Positions 37,096-43,795 of a stretch of 60,847 bases of DNA are shown one piece after another. A model generated the notes under the pieces. It had not been told where the DNA came from, made no database searches, and saw nothing but the letters and a program-made list of their open reading frames with translations. The stretch spans positions 1-60,847 of the forward strand of contig VGXI01000002.1 of NCBI GenBank assembly GCA_016873475.1. The letters are read 5' to 3'. The translations under genes were made by a program, and so were the position numbers. The DNA is from a bacterium (GTDB lineage: Bacteria > Krumholzibacteriota > Krumholzibacteriia > JACNKJ01). Each line of letters begins with the position of its first letter. The stretch's first letter is position 1.

Positions 37096-37329
37096 ATGGC
37101 CGAGCCGACTGTCAGCATCGAGTTCTGCGTCGTTTGAGACTACGAGCCCCGCGCCGCCAGGCTGGCGGCCGAGATCCAGACGCGCTTCGGGGTTACGCCT
37201 GCACTCCTCCGTTCGGCGGGCGGCGTCTTCGAGGTCGTGGTGAACGGGAAGACCGTGTTCTCCAAGAGAGCGCTCGGGCGCTTTCCTGAGGACGAGGAGA
37301 TCTTCGCGGCGATCGCCGCCGAGCGCTAG
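37096..37329 (+). CDS. SelW/Rdx-family selenoprotein with in-frame UGA (Sec14): MAEPTVSIEFCVVUDYEPRAARLAAEIQTRFGVTPALLRSAGGVFEVVVNGKTVFSKRALGRFPEDEEIFAAIAAER
   Basis: Absent from the ORF track. ATG 37096 with GGAGAA 5 nt upstream. TGA 37135-37137 is the second redox residue of a CxxU motif. The frame stays open to TAG 37327-37329, and Rdx-family hallmarks (IEFC..., GGVFEV, GRFPE) lie on both sides of the TGA. Confidence 0.8.
37153..37169 (+). promoter_or_regulatory. Candidate bacterial SECIS hairpin
   Basis: gccgcca 37153-37159 pairs with tggcggc 37163-37169 around a G-rich apical GGC. The hairpin starts 15 nt after the UGA. A full bSECIS model was not run. Confidence 0.5.
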
Positions 37330-37332
37330 CCG

Positions 37333-38529
37333 ATGGTCAACAACAAGGCCTTCTATCGCAAGCTGGACGGGCTGCTCGGCAGCATCGTCGTCGAACGCAG
37401 TCCGCACCACGACCTCGCGCGCGCGGTCGACCAGATCGTCCAGGCCTTCCGGGAGGACCTCGGCACGATCAGCGGCCGGCTCTACGTGCTCCACGACGGC
37501 AGCTACTACCTGCGCCACAGCACGGCGCCGCTGGGCGAGGACCTCAAGGGCTTTGCAATCCCGGCGAGCTACCCGCCGATCCAGGCCATCCTCAGCGAAC
37601 GAATCGTCGCCGTCCACGAGGACTTCCCGGGCTACGATCCCGCACTGGAGCGCCGCCTTGGCGTCAGCAACTTCGCGGCCTTCGCGCTCGACTCCGGCCG
37701 CTATCTCGTCTCCTTCGGACTCGACAGCCAGGCCGAGGAAGAGGCCCTGCTCTTCGCGCTCGGCGCCATCCAGCACAGCCTCAGCCTGCGCCTGAAGCAG
37801 GCGGCGATGGTGGCGGAGATCAACGAGGCGGAGGCGATCCAGCTCAGCCTCTTGCCCAGCCATCCGCCGCGCTTCGAAGGTTTCGACATCAGCGCCCGCA
37901 CGCACGCCGCCGAGGCGACCGAGGTGGGCGGCGACATCCACGACTTCATGGATCTGGCGCCCGATGCGCTGGGCATCGCCGTCGGCGACGCCAGCGGCCA
38001 CGGCCTGCCCGCGGCCCTGCAGGCGCGGGATGTCGTGACCGGCCTGCGCATGGGCGTCGAGAAGGAGATGAAGATCACGGCGGTGATCCGCCGGCTCAAC
38101 CAGGTCATCCACGCGAGCCGCCTGGCGACGCGCTTCGTGAGCCTGTTCTATGCGGAGCTGGAGCGCAACGGGACCCTGCTCTACGTGAACGCCGGCCACT
38201 GCGAGCCGATGGTCATCGGCCCCGGGCAGGCCGTGGAGCGGCTGACCATCGGCGGCCCCATCCTCGGCCCGCGGGGGGACGCGATCTACCAGCGCGGCTT
38301 CAGCAACCTGACGCCAGGCCGCCAGCTCCTCCTGTTCACGGACGGGCTCATCGAGCGCCGGCGCGGCGAGGAGGAGTGGGGCGAGACCCGCCTCCTCGAG
38401 GTGTTTCGGGCCTGCTTCCACCTGTCATCGGCCGAGACGGTCGAGCGCATCGTCAGCGAGGCCCGCGCCTTCGGCGGGGCCGCGCCCTGGGAAGACGACC
38501 TCACCGTTCTGGTCATCAAGCCCGTCTGA
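37333..38529 (+). CDS. GAF-domain SpoIIE/PP2C-family protein phosphatase (RsbU-like)
   Basis: ORF 37333..38529, with its ATG 3 nt after the selenoprotein TAG. QLSLLP, GGDIHDF, GIAVGDASGHGLPAAL, LLLFTDGLIE. Confidence 0.9.
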   Translation: MVNNKAFYRKLDGLLGSIVVERSPHHDLARAVDQIVQAFREDLGTISGRLYVLHDGSYYLRHSTAPLGEDLKGFAIPASYPPIQAILSERIVAVHEDFPGYDPALERRLGVSNFAAFALDSGRYLVSFGLDSQAEEEALLFALGAIQHSLSLRLKQAAMVAEINEAEAIQLSLLPSHPPRFEGFDISARTHAAEATEVGGDIHDFMDLAPDALGIAVGDASGHGLPAALQARDVVTGLRMGVEKEMKITAVIRRLNQVIHASRLATRFVSLFYAELERNGTLLYVNAGHCEPMVIGPGQAVERLTIGGPILGPRGDAIYQRGFSNLTPGRQLLLFTDGLIERRRGEEEWGETRLLEVFRACFHLSSAETVERIVSEARAFGGAAPWEDDLTVLVIKPV

Positions 38530-38558
38530 AAGGGCGTCCACCGGACCCGCGATGCCTA

Positions 38559-38587
38559 TTGACAGCAGGCAGCGCAGCCGCTAAGTT
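38559..38587 (+). promoter_or_regulatory. Candidate promoter of the Rrf2 gene
   Basis: TTGACA 38559-38564, 17 nt, TAAGTT 38582-38587. Confidence 0.5.
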
Positions 38588-38647
38588 GAGCACTTCAAGG
38601 CAAATTTTTCCTTTTCTCGTAGACCCTGTCCAGCCGGAGGAAGATCC

Positions 38648-39094
38648 GTGCTCTACTCGAAGGCCGCCGAGTACGCAATTCGCGCCATGGTCTATCTGTC
38701 CGAGCAGCCCCCGGGCGAGCTCATCCAGCTCAAGGATGTCGCCGAGAAGGAGAACATCCCCTTCCATTTCCTGGCCAAGACGATGCAGATCCTCTCGCGC
38801 AAGGGCCTTGTGCGCTCCCACCGCGGCCCGCGGGGGGGCTTCTGCCTCTCGCGCAAGCCGGAGGAGATCACGCTCTACGACATCGTCGACCCCATCGACC
38901 ACATCGCCAACTACGACGAGATCTGCATTCTGGGCATCGACGTTTGCAGTGACGAGGCGGCCTGCCCTCTGCACGATGACTGGACGAAGATCCGCGCCCA
39001 GATCCGTCTGACCCTCGAGGGCAAGAGCCTGGCACAGATGGTCGGGAAGCTCGAGGAGAAGCGCCGGATCGTCGCCGAGAAGGGGTTGCAGTAG
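38648..39094 (+). CDS. Rrf2-family transcriptional regulator with three-Cys putative Fe-S ligand motif
   Basis: ORF 38648..39094 (GTG, GGAGGA RBS). MLYSKAAEYAIRAMVYL..., Cys pattern CILGIDVCSDEAACPLH. Confidence 0.92.
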   Translation: MLYSKAAEYAIRAMVYLSEQPPGELIQLKDVAEKENIPFHFLAKTMQILSRKGLVRSHRGPRGGFCLSRKPEEITLYDIVDPIDHIANYDEICILGIDVCSDEAACPLHDDWTKIRAQIRLTLEGKSLAQMVGKLEEKRRIVAEKGLQ

Positions 39095-39107
39095 CCCCCT
39101 TTTTTTG
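39081..39107 (+). terminator. Small intrinsic terminator of the Rrf2 gene
   Basis: agggg 39081-39085 pairs with cccct 39095-39100 region around a 9-nt loop, followed by T7 (39101-39107). It overlaps the stop codon. Confidence 0.5.
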
Positions 39108-39116
39108 TGTAGATTC

Positions 39117-39145
39117 TGGACAACAAGGCCCGGTTGTGACATACT
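39117..39145 (+). promoter_or_regulatory. Candidate promoter of the structured RNA
   Basis: TGGACA 39117-39122, 17 nt, CATACT 39140-39145, with TG two nt upstream of the -10 (extended -10-like). Confidence 0.4.
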
Positions 39146-39151
39146 GGCGCC

Positions 39152-39303
39152 CGAGATCGCCGGGCGGGACGAACGCATGGACTGAGAGGACTTCGAGGAT
39201 TGCCGGGCTGGTTGGCTGTTCGCCGTGGTGAGCAGTGAGGGGTAAGCAGGTAGTCCGGTCTTCGAAGTGGTGAGGGGGTTCAGGTTTCGTTCCGCCCGCT
39301 CGT
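39152..39303 (+). ncRNA. Candidate rod-like structured sRNA (6S-RNA-like architecture; identity unproven)
   Basis: No credible ORF in the region. The ends pair: 39161-39173 with 39286-39298 (13 bp) and 39152-39155 with 39299-39302. Interior helices are 39190-96/39262-68, 39202-07/39254-59 and 39215-21/39230-36, separated by purine-rich internal loops. The region is flanked by a promoter and a terminator hairpin. Confidence 0.35.
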
Positions 39304-39888
39304 CTAGGCCGGCTCCTCATCGAGGGGCCGGCCTTCCCTTTGCGCGCCCTCGACGCGGCGCAACTGGCCGACGAGATGCCCCAACTCGGGCAGGAGCAGG
39401 CGCTCGAGCCCGAGACGCACGGCCGCCGGCGCGCCGGGCAGCGCGACGAGCAGGCGTCCCTCGCGCAGGCCGGCGCAGGCGCGGCTGAGCATCGCCGCGG
39501 ATCCGATCTCCTCCCAGCTCAGGCGCCGGAAGAATTCGCCGAAGCCCGGCAGCTCCCGCTCCCAGAGTCCGGCGAGCACCTCGGGTGTGCGGTCGCGCGG
39601 GCTGACGCCCGTGCCGCCGGTCAGGATGACGGCGCTGCAGTCCACCGTGGCGAGGGCGCCGAGCACGGCGCCCTCGATGCGCTCCGGGTCGTCGGGAACG
39701 AGATGGCGCGCGACGAGGTGGTGGCCCGCCGCGAGGAGCAGGCGTTCGGCGAGCGCACCCGAGTGATCGCTGGCGCCACTGCGGCTGTCGCTCACCGTGA
39801 TCAGCGCCACGCCCAGGGCCCGCGGACCCTCGCGGCGGTGCTGCTGGCGCCCGGAGGCCGCGTCCGGCGGCCTCTGGCTGCTGCTCAT
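39304..39888 (-). CDS. moaB: Molybdenum cofactor biosynthesis protein, MoaB/Mog family
   Basis: MSSSQRPP... from ATG 39888 (GGAGGG RBS) inside ORF 39304..40059. ITVSDSRS, ILTGGTGVSPRDRTPE, ALPGAP. Confidence 0.85.
   Translation of the reverse strand: MSSSQRPPDAASGRQQHRREGPRALGVALITVSDSRSGASDHSGALAERLLLAAGHHLVARHLVPDDPERIEGAVLGALATVDCSAVILTGGTGVSPRDRTPEVLAGLWERELPGFGEFFRRLSWEEIGSAAMLSRACAGLREGRLLVALPGAPAAVRLGLERLLLPELGHLVGQLRRVEGAQREGRPLDEEPA
39307..39341 (+). terminator. Hairpin plus T-rich tract ending the candidate sRNA
   Basis: ggccggc-t-cctc 39307-39318 pairs with gagg-g-gccggcc 39322-39333 (12 pairs including one G-U, 3-nt loop), followed by TTCCCTTT. It lies inside the 3' end of the convergent moaB CDS. 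Confidence 0.45.
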
Positions 39889-39950
39889 GGCACCCTCCCC
39901 GGCCGCACTTGCGGCTCGCCGCCCGCGAGGATACCCTGGACCGCGCCCGA

Positions 39951-41057
39951 ATGCCAGCCGAGGTGCCCGTGTCCTTCCCCCGCCGCGACCGCGCCCTGCG
40001 CCGCCTCCTCCTGGCCTGGTTCGACCGGGGGCGCCGGCCGCTGCCCTGGCGGGATGCACCCACGCCCTACCGCGTCTGGATCTCGGAGATCATGCTGCAG
40101 CAGACGCAGGTCGCGACCGCCATTCCCTACTTCGAGCGCTTCGTCGCCCGTTTTCCGGATCTCGCGAGCCTTGCTGCGGCCGAGGAGGAGGAGCTGCTCG
40201 CGCACTGGAGCGGCCTGGGCTACTACTCGCGGGCGCGCAACCTGCTGGCGGCGGCGCGTCAGCTGCAGGCCACAGGCGGCGCGCTGCCGGCGGACCCGGC
40301 TGCGCTCGTCGCGCTGCCGGGCGTGGGCCGCTACACGGCCGGCGCCGTCGCCAGCATTGCCTTCGGGCAGCGAGTGTCCGCGCTGGACGGCAACGGCATC
40401 CGTCTGCTCACGCGCCTCGAGGCCTGGGCCGGCGATCCCCGCCGCGCTCCCCTCGCGGGAAGACTCTGGGCCCGTCTCGACGCGCTCGTGGACTGCGCGC
40501 GCCCCGGTGACCTCAACCAGGCGGTCATGGAGCTCGCCGCCCGCGTCTGCCGCCCGCGCGCGCCGCGCTGCGGGGACTGCCCGCTCGCAGCGCTCTGCTG
40601 CGCCCGGGCCGCGGGCCGGCCCGAGGCTTATCCCCAGAGGGCGCGGCCGGCGCCGGCACAGGCGCTGCGCGTGGAGGTCGGGCTCTTCCGGCACCCGGCG
40701 GAGGACAGCCGTCTGCTGCTCGCCCGCGGCGCGCGGCCCTTTCTCGGCACGCTCTGGAACCTGCCCTATCGTGTCGCGGGTGGCGCCGTGATCGCCGCCG
40801 AGCGCTGGCGCGCGCTCGGCCTGCGGATCCGCGAGAAGCGCCGCCTGGGCGAAGCGCGTCACGGTATCACGCGCTACGCGCTCCAGCAGACCGTGCTCTC
40901 GGGGATCGCCGAACTCGCCGCCGGCGAGCGAAGGGTCGAGTACCGCTGGGCGGCGCCTGCGGAGTTGGACCGCCTGGGGCTACCCGCCTTCAGTCGCAAG
41001 ATCCTGCGACGCTTCGGCCCCCGCGGCGAGGAGGGGGAACTTCTCCGATCCGAATGA
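39951..41057 (+). CDS. mutY: A/G-specific adenine DNA glycosylase
   Basis: ORF 39909..41057, ATG 39951 preferred. PWRDAPTPYRVWISEIMLQQTQV, GLGYYSRARNL, GVGRYTAGAVASIAF, Fe-S loop CRPRAPRCGDCPLAALC. Confidence 0.9.
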   Translation: MPAEVPVSFPRRDRALRRLLLAWFDRGRRPLPWRDAPTPYRVWISEIMLQQTQVATAIPYFERFVARFPDLASLAAAEEEELLAHWSGLGYYSRARNLLAAARQLQATGGALPADPAALVALPGVGRYTAGAVASIAFGQRVSALDGNGIRLLTRLEAWAGDPRRAPLAGRLWARLDALVDCARPGDLNQAVMELAARVCRPRAPRCGDCPLAALCCARAAGRPEAYPQRARPAPAQALRVEVGLFRHPAEDSRLLLARGARPFLGTLWNLPYRVAGGAVIAAERWRALGLRIREKRRLGEARHGITRYALQQTVLSGIAELAAGERRVEYRWAAPAELDRLGLPAFSRKILRRFGPRGEEGELLRSE

Positions 41058-41145
41058 GTTTGGCTCCCACCCCCCCTGCCGCTAGGATCCAGAGCGCGTG
41101 CCGCCCGCTGGCGGCGCCCCCAACCCGCGAACGCGAGGAGCGGCG

Positions 41146-41379
41146 ATGCGGCCCTTCCTTTCCCCGCGCCCAGCGGCGCTGCTGGTGCTGCTGATCACGC
41201 TCGCGCTGGCCGGCTGCAGCCTGGGCACCGAGGCCTGGGAGCGCGATCTGCACGCGGATCCCGAGATGGCGCTCGACCACGACGCCATCGACCAGGCGCT
41301 CGACGAGCACATCTACTTCAGCAAGGAGGCCTCCAGCGGCGGCCAGGGCTTCGGAGGTGGCGGCTGTGGCTGCAACTAG
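41146..41379 (+). CDS. DUF4266-family lipoprotein
   Basis: MRPFLSPRPAALLVLLITLALAGCS lipobox from ATG 41146. Characteristic end HIYFSKEASSGGQGFGGGGCGCN. Confidence 0.85.
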   Translation: MRPFLSPRPAALLVLLITLALAGCSLGTEAWERDLHADPEMALDHDAIDQALDEHIYFSKEASSGGQGFGGGGCGCN

Positions 41380-42655
41380 GCCGATCAGCGGCGCGCTCGC
41401 TGCGGCCTGCGCGCTCGCCGGCGTCAGTGCTCCCTCGCGCGCCGTGGAAGTCGAGACCGCCGTCATGGTCTACAGCGAGGCCGATCGCGTGGCCGCGCTC
41501 GAGCCGGTCATCCGGATGACGCACGCGCTCTCACCGACCCGCACGCTCGGCCTCAAGCTCGTGCTCGACACGCTGACGGGCGCCTCGCCCAACGGCGCCG
41601 TGCCGAGCACGCAGGCGCAGACCTTCACGCGGCCCTCGGGCAACAGCAGCTACACGGCGCCGCCGAACACCACGCCGCTCGACGACGCCTTCAGCGACCG
41701 GCGCGGCGAGCTCGATCTCAGTCTCGAGCAGCGCTACGGGCTCCTCACGCGCGCGAGTTACGGCGTGCACGGCTCGGTCGAGCAGGACTACCTCTCCGGC
41801 GGCGCCAGTCTCGTCATCAAGCGCGAGTACGATCGGCGCAATCGCCTGCTCACGCTCGGCCTCTCGGTCGGCTTCGACAGCGTGCGGCCGCAGGGGGGGG
41901 CGCCCGCTGCCCTCACCGAGATGGCGGCGCCCGGCGAGGGCGAGGACGATGATCTGCGCGAGGACGACGAGGGCGAGGGCGGCGGCAGCGAGCTGAAGAC
42001 GACCGCCGACCTCCTGCTCGGGCTCACGCAGATCGTCGACCGGAGCACGGTGCTGCAGCTCAACTACTCGGCGTGCCGGGCGAGCGGCTACCTGAGCGAT
42101 CCCTACAAGTTCGTCAGCGTGGTCCAGTCCGGGCTGGGCACGGCGCCGGGCGAACCCCTGCGGCAGCTCTACGAGGGCCGACCCGACACGCGGCTCAAGC
42201 AGAGCCTCTACGGGCGGGTGAAGCGGCACCTGGGCCGGGACATCCTCGATCTCTCGTACCGCTACCTCTGGGACGATTGGGGCATCCGTTCCCAGACCGC
42301 CGAGCTGCACTACCACCTGCGCGCCTGGGAAGCGCTGGGCATCGAGCCGCAGTTGCGGTGGTACACGCAGACGGCGGCCGATTTCTATCGGCACAGCCTG
42401 GTCGACGGCGAGGTGCTGCCGGCCGACGCCTCCGCCGACCCGCGCCTGGCCGCCCTCACGGCCTGGACCTACGGTCTCAAGCTGCGGCACCGGCTCGCGA
42501 GCGGCCACGAGCTCAGCCTGCGCGGTGAACTCTACCGGCAGGGTGGCGAGGACCATCCCGCCGACGCCATCGGCCAGCTCCGCCGGCAGGACCTCTTCCC
42601 CGACCTCGAGGCCTTCATGATCCAGCTGGCCTACCGCTTCGACTTCACGCCCTGA
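41357..42655 (+). CDS. DUF3570-family (predicted outer-membrane) protein carrying a DTLTGAS motif
   Basis: ORF 41357..42655 (GTG start, overlaps the DUF4266 gene by 23 nt). Family assigned from overall pattern and the conserved DUF4266/ApbE neighbourhood (memory). Motif at codons 71-77 = nt 41567-41587. Confidence 0.8.
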   Translation: MAAVAATRPISGALAAACALAGVSAPSRAVEVETAVMVYSEADRVAALEPVIRMTHALSPTRTLGLKLVLDTLTGASPNGAVPSTQAQTFTRPSGNSSYTAPPNTTPLDDAFSDRRGELDLSLEQRYGLLTRASYGVHGSVEQDYLSGGASLVIKREYDRRNRLLTLGLSVGFDSVRPQGGAPAALTEMAAPGEGEDDDLREDDEGEGGGSELKTTADLLLGLTQIVDRSTVLQLNYSACRASGYLSDPYKFVSVVQSGLGTAPGEPLRQLYEGRPDTRLKQSLYGRVKRHLGRDILDLSYRYLWDDWGIRSQTAELHYHLRAWEALGIEPQLRWYTQTAADFYRHSLVDGEVLPADASADPRLAALTAWTYGLKLRHRLASGHELSLRGELYRQGGEDHPADAIGQLRRQDLFPDLEAFMIQLAYRFDFTP

Positions 42656-42663
42656 GGTCGGCC

Positions 42664-43608
42664 ATGAGGGAGCACAGGGAGTCGTCGTCTCCCAGCCCCG
42701 CGCCGGGGGAGGCGCCGGCGGCCGCGGCGCTCACTGGCGAGCGCGGCGATGGCGTCTGGATCCTGCGTTTCGCGGCGATGGCCGGCCCCTGCGAGATCCA
42801 GCTCGCGCTGGCCGACGGGGAGGAGGCGACGGCCCTCGGGCGCGCGGCAGCGGCGGAAGCCTGGCGCATCGAAGCCAAGTACAGCCGCTACCGGGCGGAC
42901 AGCGCCGTCTCGCGGATCAACGCGGCAGGCGGCGCGCCGATCGCCGTGGATGCGGAAACCGCCGGGCTGCTCGACCTTGCCGCCCGCTGCCACGAGTTGA
43001 GCGGGGGGCTCTTCGATGTCACGGCCGGCGTGCTGCGCCGGGTCTGGCGCTTCGATGGCGAGGGTCGACTGCCCCCGCGGGCCCAGGTGAAAGCGCTGCT
43101 GCCCCTCGTGGGCTGGGAGAAGCTGCGCTGGGAGCCACCCACGCTCACGCTGCCGGCCGGGATGGAGATCGATCTCGGCGGTCTCGGCAAGGAGTACGCG
43201 GTCGATCGCTGCCTGGCCCTGATCGGAGCCTGCACGGCGGCGCCCTGCCTCGTCAACTTCGGGGGCGACCTGCGCGTGAGCGGACCGCGGGCCGGCGAGC
43301 GGCCCTGGCGCGTCGCGCTCGAGGACCCCGCGCGGCCCGAGACGCCGCTCCTGCGTCTGGATCTGCGCCGCGGTGCGCTCGCGACCAGCGGCGATAGCCG
43401 TCGGTTCCTGCTCCACCGCGGCCGCCGCTACGCGCACGTGCTCAACCCGCATACCGGTTGGCCGGTGAGCGGCGCGCCGCGCTCGGTGAGCGTCGCCGCG
43501 CCGAGTTGCCTCGAGGCCGGCCTCCACGCGACGCTCGCCCTGCTGCATGGCCGACGCGCCGCGGCCTATCTCGCGGCTCAGGGCCATCGCCACTGGATCG
43601 TGGCCTAG
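42664..43608 (+). CDS. apbE: FAD:protein FMN transferase
   Basis: ORF 42664..43608. YSRYRADSAVSRIN, GGLFDVTAG, IDLGGLGKEYAVDR. Confidence 0.9.
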   Translation: MREHRESSSPSPAPGEAPAAAALTGERGDGVWILRFAAMAGPCEIQLALADGEEATALGRAAAAEAWRIEAKYSRYRADSAVSRINAAGGAPIAVDAETAGLLDLAARCHELSGGLFDVTAGVLRRVWRFDGEGRLPPRAQVKALLPLVGWEKLRWEPPTLTLPAGMEIDLGGLGKEYAVDRCLALIGACTAAPCLVNFGGDLRVSGPRAGERPWRVALEDPARPETPLLRLDLRRGALATSGDSRRFLLHRGRRYAHVLNPHTGWPVSGAPRSVSVAAPSCLEAGLHATLALLHGRRAAAYLAAQGHRHWIVA

Positions 43609-43795
43609 GCCGCGCCGGCCGGGCGAGGAGAGCCACGGTACCCCCTCGGCGAGGCGCGGGCGGCGCCCAGGCCGAAGGCGACGGCGGCGACCCACCGCGC
43701 CTCGCCTGTGGCAGCCTCGACAGCGAGCAGCTGGTCCTGCTAAGCTTGGAACGCCAGCTGAGCCTCGGCTGCCGCCGCTCGCGAAAGGATGCCCG

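Noticed and set aside
37029-37289. 86-aa TTG-initiated ORF listed in the track over the selenoprotein locus
   Set aside because: It is out of frame with the Rdx-family reading frame, has no RBS, and gives an Arg-rich product without similarity. The UGA-containing frame explains the locus better.
39146-39303. Possible tRNA-Sec (selC) or other tRNA in the structured intergenic region near the selenoprotein locus
   Set aside because: There is no CUUCAAA (UCA anticodon) loop on either strand and no GGTTCGA-type T-loop. The terminal helix is 13 bp, too long for an acceptor stem.
39889-39950. Moco riboswitch upstream of moaB
   Set aside because: Only about 60 nt separate moaB from the divergent mutY start. 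That is too short for the ~130-nt Moco motif, and no matching structure was seen.
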